A stretch of 64,000 nt of DNA from Eledone cirrhosa. Its lineage: Eukaryota. Positions within the stretch are counted from its first letter, which is position 1; every line of letters starts with the position of its first letter. Location of the stretch: assembly GCA_964016885.1 (NCBI GenBank), contig OZ024763.1, positions 11,532,001 to 11,596,000 on the forward strand, written 5' to 3'. Positions 27,663 to 42,520 of the stretch are shown here, one piece after another. Under the pieces are notes generated by a model that saw nothing but the letters and a program-made list of their open reading frames with translations, made no database searches and had not been told where the DNA came from. Made by a program: the position numbers and the translations under genes.

Positions 27663-27856
27663 AGGCGGTGGATTGGCAGTATCGGTAGAAGGTCGGACGC
27701 CATGCTTTGAAGCATAGAGTTACCTCCCTGTATGATCTGAGTTCAAATCCCGCCGAGGTTAACTTTGCCTTTCATCCATGCAGGGGTCGATAAAATAAAG
27801 TACCAGTAATGCACTGGGTAATTGCTGGCCTTGTGCCAAAAGTAGAAACAGTTATT
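27663..27856 (+). mobile_element. Full-length SINE-A
   Basis: GGCGGTGGATTGGCAGTATCGGTAG head, GAGTTCAAATCC B box, core and tail. Confidence 0.92.
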
Positions 27857-27961
27857 AATTAAGAAAAAGACACGGTTTTTGATTTTACACTTCCATTTAT
27901 TGTCATACCTAACACCTATTATGCACATTTCAAAGGCATTGAATTGTCGTTATGTAATAAT

Positions 27962-28148
27962 TGTTTCTACTTTTGGCACAAGGCCAGCAATTACCCAGTA
28001 CATTACTGGTACTTTATTTTATCGACCCCTGTAGGGATGAAAGGCAAAGTTAACCTCGGCGGGATTTGAACTCAGATCGTAAAGGGACGACGTAACTATG
28101 CTGGAAAGCATGTCCGACCCTCTAGCGATACTGCCAATTCATCGCCCT
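27962..28148 (-). mobile_element. Full-length SINE-A with 19-bp TSD
   Basis: ATTGTCGTTATGTAATAAT duplicated at 27943-27961 and 28149-28167. Confidence 0.92.
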
Positions 28149-28269
28149 ATTGTCGTTATGTAATAATGCGTTGTAACCAGAGAGGTGCTGAAAATGTGAA
28201 CAATGTTTTTGTTTTTGGTGTGCCCTGCTGTTGAAGAGATGTTGTTTATTCGGGTTCAAGCAGGTATAT

Positions 28270-28516
28270 AGCCAGAGTTGTACTTGTCTGGAAAATGACT
28301 TGATGTGAGACTGTGTCGAAACTAAAGCAATTACATCATGGAAGAATCAGTTTAGTCACAGTTGTACATGTCTGGCAAATGACTTGATCTGAGACAGTTG
28401 AAACTAAAGCTATTACATCATGGATGAGTTAATTTAGCCACAAGTGTACATGTCTGGTAGGTGACTTGATCTGAGACAGTCGAAACTAAAGCTATTACAT
28501 TGTAGAAGAGTCAATT
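28270..28516. repeat. Three diverged ~83-bp tandem copies
   Basis: TGTACWTGTCTGG...TGACTTGAT.TGAGAC...GAAACTAAAGC.ATTACAT repeated three times. Confidence 0.8.
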
Positions 28517-28566
28517 TTATAAACAATTAAATAACACACAAAAAATAGTTAACTTTATTTTATATA

Positions 28567-28674
28567 TATCATTTATTTCCTGGCGTCAAACATTTGGTTG
28601 CTGACACAGTTCCAGGTCGGTGACCAGGTCGTAAAGAGTGCGACGAAAATGTTGACACCAGGAAATAAATGATA
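28567..28674. mobile_element. Small MITE-like inverted repeat
   Basis: TATCATTTATTTCCTGGCGTCAAACATTT / AAATGTTGACACCAGGAAATAAATGATA around a ~50-bp spacer. Confidence 0.55.
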
Positions 28675-29152
28675 AAAATAAAAACAACTTTCTGGAATTA
28701 TCTTGTCATAAACATAATTTTTGTTTCTTTGTTTAAATTACCTGCAGTCCTCCAGAAAAGCAGACTAAACATCGGCCATGTCATGTGACTCGGGGGGGGG
28801 GAGGGGGGCTAACAGTGATATGGAGGCTGTCAAAGTCCACCACTTCCCCACCTCTACACTCTCAACTCAAAAGCACATCACACACAATATTGTACATATG
28901 TGCACATCCACACACACACACACACACACAAACAGACATACACACAGGCACAAGCATACACAGAGAAGCAGACACACACACACACATTTACATCAACACA
29001 AACCCGCATGACTACAAACACACAGAGAGACACACGCACGCATATACAGATTCATACATACACACACTCAATCGGCCACACCAACACTAAAGCACACGCA
29101 CACACATACACGCACACATGAATACACACATACACGCACACAATTCCAAACG

Positions 29153-29186
<34 letters not shown>

Positions 29187-29564
29187 CACAGACACTGCAC
29201 TCACACATACACGTACACACAGTCACACACATATACAGTCAGACACCATGCACATACAAACAAACACCTATAAACACGCACACACACATACACACACATA
29301 CAAACACACACACATGCAAACACACCTATAAACACACACACATACAAACACACATAAACACACACACACACACAGACATACAAACACACATACATACACA
29401 CACAAACACACACATACAAACACGCACACACACACATACAAACACACATATAAACACACAAAACTCATAAAAGATTGGAATAACTGGAGCAGCCATAGAA
29501 ATAGTTGTACTCACAATACAAGATGGCGTCGCTGTGATATCAAAATGTCTGACTTCACGCATAA

Positions 29565-32500
29565 CACACTGACATATACAGATACACACATACAGATACA
29601 GATACACACTTAACATATACAGATACACACTCACCTATAAAGATACACACTTACATATTCAGATATACACACTGACATATAGAGATACACACTGACATAT
29701 ACAGATACACACTGACATATACAGATACACACTGACATATACAGATACACACTGACATATACAGATACACACTGACATATACAGATACACACACATATAC
29801 AGATATACACTGACATATACAGATACACACTGACATATACAGATACACACTGACATATAGAGATACACACTGACATATACAGATACACACACATATACAG
29901 ATATACACTGACACATACAAATACACACTGACATATAGAGATACACACTGACATATACAGATACACACACATATACAGATATACACTGACACATACAGAT
30001 ACACACTGACATGTAGAGATACACACTGACATATACAGATACACACTGACATATACAGATACACACTGACATATACAGATATACACTGACATATACAGAT
30101 ACACACTGACATATACAGATACACACTGACATATACAGATACACACTGACATATACAGATATACACACACATATACAGATACACACTGACATATACAGAT
30201 ACACACACATATACAGATACACACTGACATATACAGATACACACTGACATATACAGATATACACTGACATATACAGATACACACTGACATATACAGATAC
30301 ACACTGACATATACAGATACACACTGACATATACAGATACACACTGACATATACAGATATACACTGACATATATAGATACACACTGACATATATAGATAC
30401 ACACTGACATATACAGATACACACTGACATATACAGATACACACTGACATATACAGATATACACTGACATATACAGATACACACTGACATATACAGATAT
30501 ACACACATATACAGATACACACTGACATATACAGATACACACTGACATATACAGATACACACTGACATATACAGATACACACTGACATATACAGATATAC
30601 ACACACATACAGATACACACTGACATATACAGATACACACTCACATATACAGATATACACTGACATATAGAGATACACACTGACATATACAGATATACAC
30701 TGACATATACAGATACACACTGACATATAGAGATACACACTGACATATACAGATATACACACACATACAGATACACACTGACATATACAGATACACACTC
30801 ACATATACAGATATACACTGACATATAGAGATACACACTGACATATACAGATACACACTGACATATACAGATACACACTGACATATACAGATACACACAC
30901 ACATACAGATACACACTGACATATAGAGATACACACTGACATATACAGATATACACTGACATATACAGATACACACACATATACAGATACACACTGACAT
31001 ATACAGATACACACACATATACAGATACACACTGACATATACAGATAGACACTGACATATACAGATACACACTGACATATACAGATACACACACACATAC
31101 AGATACACACTGACATATACAGATACAGACACACATACAGATACACACACACATACAGATACACACTGACATATACAGATACACACACACATACAGATAT
31201 ACACTGACATATACAGATACACACTGACATATACAGATACACACTGACATATACAGATACACACTGACATATACAGATACACACACACATACAGATATAC
31301 ACTGACATATACAGATACACACTGACATATACAGATACACACTGACATATACAGATACACACATATACAGATACACACTGACATATACAGATACACACAC
31401 ATATACAGATACACACTGACATATACAGATACACACTGACATATACAGATACACACTGACATATAGATACACACACACATATACAGATACACACTGACAT
31501 ATAGATACACACACACATATACAGATACACACTGACATATACAGATACACACACATATACAGATACACACTGACATATACAGATACACACACATATACAG
31601 ATATACACTGACATATACAGATACACACTCGCATATACAGATACACACTGACATATACAGATACACACTGACATATACAGATACACACTGACATATACAG
31701 ATACACACTGACATATACAGATACACACTGACATATAGATACACACACACATATACAGATACACACTGACATATAGATACACACTGACATATACAGATAC
31801 ACACTGACACATACAGATACACACTGACACATACAGATACACACTGACATATACAGATACACACACACATATACAGATACACACTGACATATACAGATAC
31901 ACACACACATATACAGATACACACTGACATATACAGATACACACACACATATACAGATACACACTGACATATACAGATACACACTGACATATACAGATAC
32001 ACACACACATATACAGATACACACTGACATATACAGATACACACATATACAGATACACACTGACACATACAGATCACACTGACATATACAGATATACACT
32101 GACATATACAGATACTCACTGACATATAAAGATACACACTGACATATACAGATACACACTGACATATACAGATACACACACATATACAGATACACACACA
32201 TATACAGATACACACTGACATATACAGATACACACACACATATACAGATACACACACATATACAGATACACACTGACATATACAGATACACACTGACATA
32301 TACAGATATACACTGACATATACAGATACACACTGATATATACAGATATACACACACATACAGATACACACTGACATATACAGATACACACACACATATA
32401 CAGATACACACTGACATATACAGATACACACTGACATATACAGATATACACTGACATATACAGATACACACTGACATATACAGATACACACTGACATATA

Positions 32501-35500
32501 CAGATACACACTGACATATACAGATACACACTGACATATACAGATACACACTGACATATACAGATACACACACATATACAGATACACACTGACATATACA
32601 GATACACACACATATACAGATACACACTGACATACAGATACACACTGACATATACAGATACACACACACATATACAGATACACACTGACATATAGATACA
32701 CACACACATATACAGATACACACTGACATATACAGATACACACACATATACAGATACACACAGACATATACAGATACACACACATATACAGATATACACT
32801 GACATATACAGATACTCACTGACATATACAGATACACACTGACATATACAGATACACACTGACATATACAGATACACACACATATACAGATACACACACA
32901 TATACAGATACACACTGACATATACAGATACACACACACATATACAGATACACACACATATACAGATACACACTGACATATACAGATACACACTGACATA
33001 TACAGATATACACTGACATATACAGATACACACTGATATATACAGATATACACACACATACAGATACACACTGACATATACAGATACACACACACATATA
33101 CAGATACACACTGACATATACAGATACACACTGACATATACAGATATACACTGACATATACAGATACACACTGACATATACAGATACACACTGACATATA
33201 CAGATACACACTGACATATACAGATACACACTGACATATACAGATACACACACATATAAAGATACACACTGACATATACAGATACACACACATATACAGA
33301 TACACACTGACATACAGATACACACTGACATATACAGATACACACACACATATACAGATACACACTGACATATAGATACACACACACATATACAGATACA
33401 CACTGACATATACAGATACACACACATATACAGATACACACAGACATATACAGATACACACACATATACAGATATACACTGACATATACAGATACACACT
33501 CACATATACAGATACACACTGACATATACAGATATACACTCACATATACAGATACACACTGACATATACAGATACACACTGACATATACAGATACACACT
33601 GACATATACAGATACACACTGACATATAGATTCACACACACATATACAGATACACACTGACATATAGATACACACTGACATATACAGATACACACACACA
33701 TATACAGATACACACTGACATATACAGATACACACTGACACATACAGATCACACTGACATATACAGATATACACTGACATATACAGATACACACTGACAT
33801 ATACAGATACACACTGACATATACAGATACACACTGACATATACAGATACACACTGACATATACAGATACACACTGACATATACAGATACACACACACAT
33901 ACAGATACACACTGACATATACAGATACACACTGACATATACAGATACACACACACATACAGATACACACTGACATATACAGATACACACTGACATATAC
34001 AGATACACACACACATACAGATACACACTGACATATACAGATACACACTGACATATACAGATACACACACACATACAGATACACACTGACATATACAGAT
34101 ACACACACACATACAGATACACACACACATACAGATACACACTAACATATACAGATACACACACACATACAGATACACACACACATACAGATACACACTG
34201 ACATATACAGATACACACTGACATATAGAGATACACACACACATACAGATACACACTGACATATACAGATACACACTGACATATACAGATACACACTGAC
34301 ATATAGAGATACACACTGACACATACAGATACACACTGACATAGACAGATACACACACATATACAGATACACACACACATATACAGATATACACTGACAT
34401 ATACAGATATACACTGACATATACAGATACACACTGACATATACAGATACACACTGACATATACAGATACACACTGACATATACAGATACACACTGACAT
34501 ATACAGATATACACTGACTTATACAGATACACACTGACATATACAGATACACGCACACATACAGATATACACTGACATATACAGATACACACTGACATAT
34601 ACAGATACACACACACATATACAGATATACACTGACATATACAGATACACACTGACATATAGAGATACACACACACATACAGATACACACTGACATATAC
34701 AGATACACACTGACATATACAGATACACACTGACATATACAGATACACACTGACATATACAGATATACACTGACATATACAGATACACACTGACATATAG
34801 AGATACACACACACATACAGATACACACTGACATATACAGATACACACTGACATATACAGATACACACTGACATATACAGATACACACTGACATATACAG
34901 ATATACACTGACATATACAGATACACACTGACATATACAGATACACACACACATACAGATATACACTGACATATACAGATACACACTGACATATACAGAT
35001 ACACACACACATATACAGATACACACTGACATATATAGATACACACACACATATACAGATACACACTGACATATACAGATACACACTGACATATACAGAT
35101 ACACACACACATATACAGATACACACTGACATATACAGATACACACTGACATATACAGATACACACTGACATATACAGATACACACTGACATATACAGAT
35201 ACACACTGACATATACAGATACACACTGACATATACAGATACACACACACATATACAGATACACACTGACATATACAGATACACACTGACATATACAGAT
35301 ACACACTGACATATACAGATACACACACACATATACAGATACACACTGACATATACAGATACACACACACATATACAGATACACACTGACATATACAGAT
35401 ACACACACACATATACAGATACACACTGACATATACAGATACACACTGACATATACAGATACACACTGACATATACAGATACACACTGACATATACAGAT

Positions 35501-35870
35501 ACACACTGACATATACAGATACACACATATACAGATACACACTGACATATACAGATACACACTGACATATACAGATACACACACACATATACAGATATAC
35601 ACTGACATATACAGATACACACACACATATACAGATACACACTCACATATACAGATACACACTGACATATACAGATACACACTGACATATACAGATACAC
35701 ACACACACATATACAGATATACACTGACACATACAGATACACACTGACATATACAGATACACACTGACATATACAGATACACACTGACATATAGAGATAC
35801 ACACTCACACATACAGATACACACTGACATATACAGATATACACCCTCACATATACAGATACACACAAAC
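29565..35870. repeat. ~6.3-kb 20-bp minisatellite (ACAGATACACACTGACATAT)n with 16-18-bp variants
   Basis: Directly visible; explains the [12 protein letters not shown] ORFs. Confidence 0.97.
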
Positions 35871-36120
35871 TCAGACATACACATACACACACATATACAC
35901 ACATATAGAGATACATACACACACACACATATACAGATAAACACACAAACAAAAACATATACACGCACACACATAAACACGAATCACTCGTACATACATA
36001 TATTCACATATACACACCACCGCATATATATATATAGAGAGAGAGATGTATATATACAAACACATACATATAAATACATATATATATATATGTATGTGTG
36101 TATGTATATATGTTTGTTTG

Positions 36121-36153
<33 letters not shown>

Positions 36154-36471
36154 ATGTATGTATGTAGGTATATATATATATATATAGAGAGAGAGAGAAA
36201 TGTATATATACAAACACATGCATATAAACACATATATACATATATATATGTATGTGTGTATGTATGTAGCTATATATATATATGCATGTATATATATGTA
36301 TGTAATTATATATATATATATGTAGGTATATATATATATATATATGTAGGTGTATATATATGTAGCTATATATATATATATATATATATATGCATGTATA
36401 TATCTGTATGTAGGTATATATATATGTATATAGGTATATATATATATATGTAGGTATATATATATATGTAG

Positions 36472-36505
<34 letters not shown>

Positions 36506-36977
36506 ATGTGTGTGTGTGTGTGTGTGTATTCACAGAAAGAGAGACAGGAAGAGAAATCCTAGTAAATTTACACTTAAAATGGCGGTCACTGTTATGTGAA
36601 GTTTTTTTTTTATATTGATTTAACACATCGTAGTGTAGAGTGGTACACATACATAGGGCTGAGTAAACACACACACACATACCCACATACACACACACAT
36701 ACCCACATACACACACGACTGAGTTAACACACGTACACACATATACGCACACACATGTATACACACAGACACACATACTCATATACACAGGACTGAGTTA
36801 ACACACGTACACACACATACACACACACATATACACACATATATACACATATACACACATATACACATATACACACAGACACACATACTCATATACACAG
36901 GGCTGAGTTAACACACGTACACACATATATATACACATATACACACATACTCATATACACAGGACTGAGTTAACACA

Positions 36978-37023
<46 letters not shown>

Positions 37024-37179
37024 CACATGTACACACAGACACACATACTCATATACACAGGGCTGAGTAAACACACGTACATACACACATACACACACAT
37101 GCATAGAGACGCACATACTCATATACACAGGGATGAGTTAACACACGTACACACATACACACACATACAAACACACATA

Positions 37180-37215
<36 letters not shown>

Positions 37216-37863
37216 CTCTCTCACACATATATACTCATATACCCAGAGCAGAGGAAACATATACACACATATACAGACACACAGACACATACACAAGCAC
37301 ACACACAGACATACACACACGAACAGATAGATACAAACATACACTTACATACACGCACATACAGAGTTTCAAACACACATTCAGATAACAGGATATGTTT
37401 TTAAAATGACATACACACACACACACATAAATACCCTCACATACATACACATACTCACATACAAACACACACACACACATACACACACATACACACACAA
37501 ATACAAACACTCAGACATACACACACATAGAAACACACTCATACACAAACATACCCACAAACACAAAAACAAACACACATACACACACCAGATAACAAAG
37601 TGACACATACACCACACACACATACATACATACATAGACGCATCTACACATACATAGACACACACACACATACAAACACACACACACGCATATACAGACA
37701 CTTACACACATACATACTCACCATATAGAAATACACACAGACATACCCACACTCACACATGGACATTCTCTCTCTCACACACACAGACTGATGTGGATGA
37801 AGGAAACGAAAAAATTATATATTCAAAATGGCGCCGATTTCAACAGAATAAAACAAACAGAAC

Positions 37864-38360
37864 AGGTGGGATGGTAGTGGTGGCGGTGATGGTTATGTAA
37901 GTAGTGGTTGTGGTGGCGGTGGGGTGGTTGTTGGTGGCGGTGGTTGTGGTGGTGATGATGGGGGTTGTGGTGGCGGTGGGGTGGTTGCGTGGGTGGCGGT
38001 TGTGGTGGTGATGATGGTGGTTGTAGTGGCGGTGGTGGTGGTTGCGTGGGTGGCGGTTGTGGTGGTGATGATGGTGGTTGTGTAGGTGGTGGTGGTTGTA
38101 TTGGCGGTGGGGTGGTTGGGTGGGTGGTGGTTGTGGTGGTGACGATGGTGGTTGTATAGGTGGCGGTGGGGTGGTTGTGGTGGTGATGATGGTGGTTGTG
38201 TAGGTGGTGGTGGTTGTATTGGCGGTGGGGTGGTTGGGTGGGTGGTGGTTGTGGTGGTGACGATGGTGGTTGTATAGGTGGCGGTGGGGTGGTTGTGTGG
38301 GTGTTGGTGGCGGTGTTTGTGGCGATGTTGGTGGTGATGGTTGAGGTGGGGTGGTGGGGT
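37864..38360. repeat. (GGT)n-derived tract
   Basis: Directly visible. Confidence 0.9.
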
Positions 38361-38446
38361 GTCAACCAATGACCTCCACCCATCCCAATCCCCACCCTCT
38401 CCTACCACCAGAAAAGATATAAATACCACGACTTACTTGGACAGTC

Positions 38447-38497
38447 AGCTTCCTGATGATTTCTGCCGAATGAAACAGTTCTAGTCCTGTAGAAGCT
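38447..38497 (+). ncRNA. Type I hammerhead ribozyme, family H3 (element extends to 38579)
   Basis: agcttc-CTGATGA-t-ttc-tgcc-gaa-t-GAAA-cag-ttctagtc-ctGTA-gaagct: stem I 6 bp, stem III ACAG/CTGT, GUA triplet; U.U at the base of stem II. Confidence 0.85.
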
Positions 38498-38651
38498 CTT
38501 CTATATTAAAACTGTTATACTCTGCTATGTATTGAGTACCTTACTTACTGTGGTTACCTCCGATTCAACCCGGAATAACTGATAATTTAATATATACATA
38601 TATATATATATATAATATAATATATATACATATATAATATAATATATATAC

Positions 38652-38715
<64 letters not shown>

Positions 38716-38720
<5 letters not shown>

Positions 38721-38906
38721 AACCAGTAAGACCCCGACGGCTGAGCTCAAGCCGTTTCGACGGCTAATTCTGGAATTAGCCGTCGAAACGGCTTGAGCTC
38801 AGCCGTCGGGGTCTTACTGGTTCCTATTACCCACTCTACTACCCCAAGTATTGAGTACTTTGGTGCGTTATGGTCCACCCGGTTCCTTACCACATTTCCT
38901 TCGTTA
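38716..38906. mobile_element. Perfect 55-bp-arm palindrome plus tail, family H4 (half-hammerhead)
   Basis: 38716-38770 is the exact reverse complement of 38773-38827. The arm contains GAAACGGC-TTGAGCTCA-GCCGTC. The tail runs into (TA)n. Confidence 0.85.
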
Positions 38907-38946
38907 TATATATATATATATAAACATAGTGTGTAGATACATATAA

Positions 38947-39007
<61 letters not shown>

Positions 39008-39276
39008 GTGTGTGTATGTATATAAGTATGTATGTAGATTACCTCTAGCAAGACTCTTCAAACATGTCGTTAAATATTTCCTCTTTCACCATAAATGCCA
39101 TGAGAATATAAATTATACCAAACCTAATATTCCAGCACATTCACTTTTGAACAAACATTAAACTACCCCAAACAAATCTAATTTTATACTTTCATCACAC
39201 ACCTCTAATATCCAGAATTGTAATTGTATCAACACATATACACACACATTATTTATATATATATATATATATAAGT

Positions 39277-39437
39277 TGGACGCCATGCTTTGACGCATAG
39301 AGTTACTGCCCTTGCCATTCTGAGTTCAAATCCCGCCGAGGTTAACTTTGCCTTTCATCCTTCCGGGGTCGATAAAATAAAGTACCAGTAATGCACTGGA
39401 TAATTGCTGGCCTTGTGCCAAAAGTAGAAACAATTAT
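39277..39437 (+). mobile_element. SINE-A (5'-truncated)
   Basis: B box, core and tail present. Confidence 0.9.
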
Positions 39438-39514
39438 ATATATATACTTTCGTCACACACCTCTAATATCCAGAATATCAACACCAAACAAATTGCAAAA
39501 GTAAAAAAATTATC

Positions 39515-40167
39515 TTCCCCTGGCATTGTTAACACTAGTTTACCATGGCTATTCCATTTAAGAGAGATATCCACACTGTTATCCTTCTCTTCTCCACTTT
39601 TGCCCGACCCCACCTTCAAAACTGTTGTCCACTGTGGTCTCCCCACACGAAACAAAGTATCATGAAAGTTGAAGCACCTCAAAGATCGATTACAAAAAGA
39701 TAGATGGCATGACAGGCCTTGACTATTGGAGGCCATTAGAAAAGCTCAACCTTTATTCTCTCCAACGTCGCCGTGGGCGCTACATTATCTGCATAATGTG
39801 GAAAATATTCCATCAGCTTTGCCCAAATGATGTTGGCATCACCTTTAATGTACACCCAAGGCTTGGGCCTCGTGTTATCCGCCCATGACAAAAATCTCAC
39901 TCGCATCACATAACAATACGACACAATTATTTCACCTCAATTGGCCCTGCTCTCTTTAACATTACACCAAAACAGAAACAGACCCCTTCAAGTTCAAGAA
40001 GTCTTTGGACAAAATCCTTCAAGAAATCCCGGATATGTCTCCGTAAACAATAACTCTCTGCTCGAGTGGGCTATGGTGCCCAAACCCTGATTTGTAAGAC
40101 TTCGCCATGTGGTGCTGTTAAGTTAGACATGGCCTGGGCCAATATTGGCCGAAACCTATCAAAGTTA
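39515..40167 (+). mobile_element. Degraded CR1-like LINE 3' fragment
   Basis: Frameshifted translation LLFSTFARPHLQNCCPLWSPH...KVEAPQRSITK...LEKLNLYSLQRRRGRYII.MWKI...FKKSLDKILQEIPD, typical of the CR1-group RT C-terminus. Confidence 0.8.
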
Positions 40168-40233
40168 TATGCATATATACACACACACATATATCTATTA
40201 TATATATATTGTATGTATGCGTATATATAAAAT

Positions 40234-40294
<61 letters not shown>

Positions 40295-40360
40295 GATATA
40301 TAATACCTAGATTTATAATAACTTACTTCAACTAATATTATATTATACTATATTATATAC

Positions 40361-40460
40361 GAAAGACGGAAGTGAGCAGAGTTAAAACTTCTGATTCTAC
40401 TTCCGCCAGAAGTAGTTTAGTTCCGGTCAACCAGAGAAGCACGTAGGAATTAAGGTAAGC
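40361..40460 (+). promoter_or_regulatory. Candidate housekeeping-type promoter / non-coding first exon ending in a splice donor
   Basis: ETS-like sites CGGAAGT (40367-40373), ACTTCCG (40399-40405) and TTCCGG (40421-40426), then AAG|GTAAGC (40452-40460) followed by T-rich intron-like sequence. Confidence 0.45.
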
Positions 40461-40768
40461 AGATTTCATTATTAATTTTCACTAATTTTACGTTGTATTT
40501 GTGTTTTATTTTATTTTGGGGATAATTCGATTTAAATGTTTTGGTAAATGTTATTTCTAATATATTTTAAAGTAATCATCAAATTGTGTCTTACATGTTA
40601 CATCAAATACTTGAATTTATTTCCCAATATCGCTGAATAATTTATAGATAGGGCACGTAATCTTAACACACACATATATATATATATTTATATATATATA
40701 TATTACATGTTCCAGCCGACAGACTGAGGCCATGCTGGGGCACCGTCATATATATATATTTATATATA

Positions 40769-41015
40769 TAATGAAGGAGGTGTGGTAAGGAACCAGATGG
40801 ACCATAACGCACCAGAGTACTCTATATGTAGGGTAGTAGAGTGGGTAATAGGAAAATCTTTGACCCCGACGGCAGAGCTCGAGCCGTTTCGGCGGCTATT
40901 TCTGGACTAAATTAGAATTTTTAGAGTGGTAAATAAATCATTTATTTACCACGCTAAAAATTCTAATTTAGTCCAGAAATAGCCGTCGAAACGGCCTGAG
41001 CTCTGCCGTAGGGGT
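40769..41015. mobile_element. Second family H4 fold-back (arms 40863-40938 / 40940-41015, tail on the left); third fragment at 41108-41146
   Basis: Reverse-complement similarity to 38773-38906; 76-bp arms around a 1-nt centre. Confidence 0.85.
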
Positions 41016-41259
41016 AAAACATTGTCATATATATATATATATATATATATACATAAATATATATATATATATAAAGTTTGTATCTATATAAACAAATAGT
41101 TCGTGTCTAGCTGTCGAAACGGCCGGAGCTCAGCCGTCTGGTTCCTAAATCTATTCACACACATATGTTATGTATGACGGCGATGAATTTGTTTTGCAAG
41201 GTTTTTGTTATGAAATCGTGTGTTGAAAAAATTATTGTTATATTTGGGGGAGGGTCATA

Positions 41260-41414
41260 TTGTTTCTGATTTAGGCACAGGGCAAACAATTTTAGAGGAG
41301 GGGAAAGTCGATTAAATCAACCTCAGTACATTACTGGTACTTTATTTTATCAACCCCGTAAGGATGAAAGGCAAAGTTAACCTCGGTGGGATTTGAACTC
41401 AGTACGTAAAGGGC
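41260..41414 (-). mobile_element. SINE-A variant (longer 3' region)
   Basis: Reverse complement of B box and core. Confidence 0.85.
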
Positions 41415-41748
41415 TCTCAGGCTGAATCTCCCTGAGAACTACGTTGAAGTTACCCGTGTCTGTGGAATGCTCAGCCACTTGCTCGTCATTTTCACCAGAA
41501 AGTTGTTTCGTTGTTCGAACAACTCTGACGGAGGTCTTCTTCTTCTTCGCCCACTTATTCCTGAGAGGTTCGTGGGGGCAGAATCCTCAAACACTCCTTC
41601 CAGTGGGTCCTTTATAGTCACTGCGGAACTGCAGCTCCCCCTATTTTCACTCGATATTATCGATCACATTCAATATAATGAGTTGTTGTTTTTTTTCTTC
41701 AATTCTTTCTTTATACTTGTATATTGTATAATCCTTAAGTTTAATGTC

Positions 41749-41807
41749 GGTAGCTAACCCCTAGGTAGCTAACCCCTAGGTAGCTAACCCCTAGGTAGCT
41801 AACCCCT
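41749..41807. repeat. 15-bp tandem repeat x4 (GGTAGCTAACCCCTA)
   Basis: Directly visible. Confidence 0.85.
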
Positions 41808-41931
41808 CGTTCGTGAAAAATTACAAAAATCCTTGTTTGGAACTGTGTGCTTCACGATTCTAGCGATGCGGTGTTTGGATGTTGTGCGCATGCGCACATG
41901 TCCCCGAAAAGAAGCTGAGCACTGGTTAGAG

Positions 41932-42520
41932 CAGGCATGTCAAACATGAGGCCCGCGGGCCGCATGCGGCCCTTTACAAGCCCACCTGCGTCCTCGCACA
42001 AAGGTTTTTACAGCGCAAGCATGTTTTATCTTCGTGATATAAAATTTAAAAAAATGTATTGTAATGTGCGCAATTAGTTGTCGTGGCCCTCAGGCAACAC
42101 ATGTGTCACCGATGTGGCCCTCAGGCAACACATGTGTCACCTATGTGGCCCTCAGGCAACACATGTGTCACCTATGTGGCCCTCAGGCAACACATGTGTC
42201 ACCGATGTGGCCCTCAGGCAACACATGTGTCACCGATGTGGCCCTCAGGCAACACATGTGTCACCTATGTGGCCCTAAGGCAACACATGTGTCACCGATG
42301 TGGCCCTCAGGCAACACATGTGTCACCTATGTGGCCCTCAGGCAACACATGTGTCACCTATGTGGCCCTCAGGCAACACATGTGTCACCGATATGGCCCT
42401 CAGGCAACACATGTGTCACCGATGTGGCCCTCAGGCAACACATGTGTCACCGATGTGGCCCTCAGGCAACACATGTGTCACCTATGTGGCCCCCGGGGGA
42501 CCCTCAGTTTGACATGACTG
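41932..42520. mobile_element. hAT (Charlie-type) MITE with internal 31-bp x13 array (42083-42485)
   Basis: TIRs CAGGCATGTCAAAC / GTTTGACATGACTG; TSD GGTTAGAG / GGTTAGAA; subterminal GGCCCGCGGGCC. Confidence 0.9.

Noticed and set aside
28270-28516. Tandem 83-bp units with GAAAC as a retrozyme-like array
   Set aside because: No CUGANGA in any unit.
29631-35980. Up to 1302-aa Cys-rich ORFs
   Set aside because: The 20-bp satellite lacks stops on one strand, and the period is not a multiple of 3.
41749-41807. CTAACCC-containing repeat as interstitial telomere
   Set aside because: The unit is 15 bp, not (TTAGGG)n, and has only four copies.
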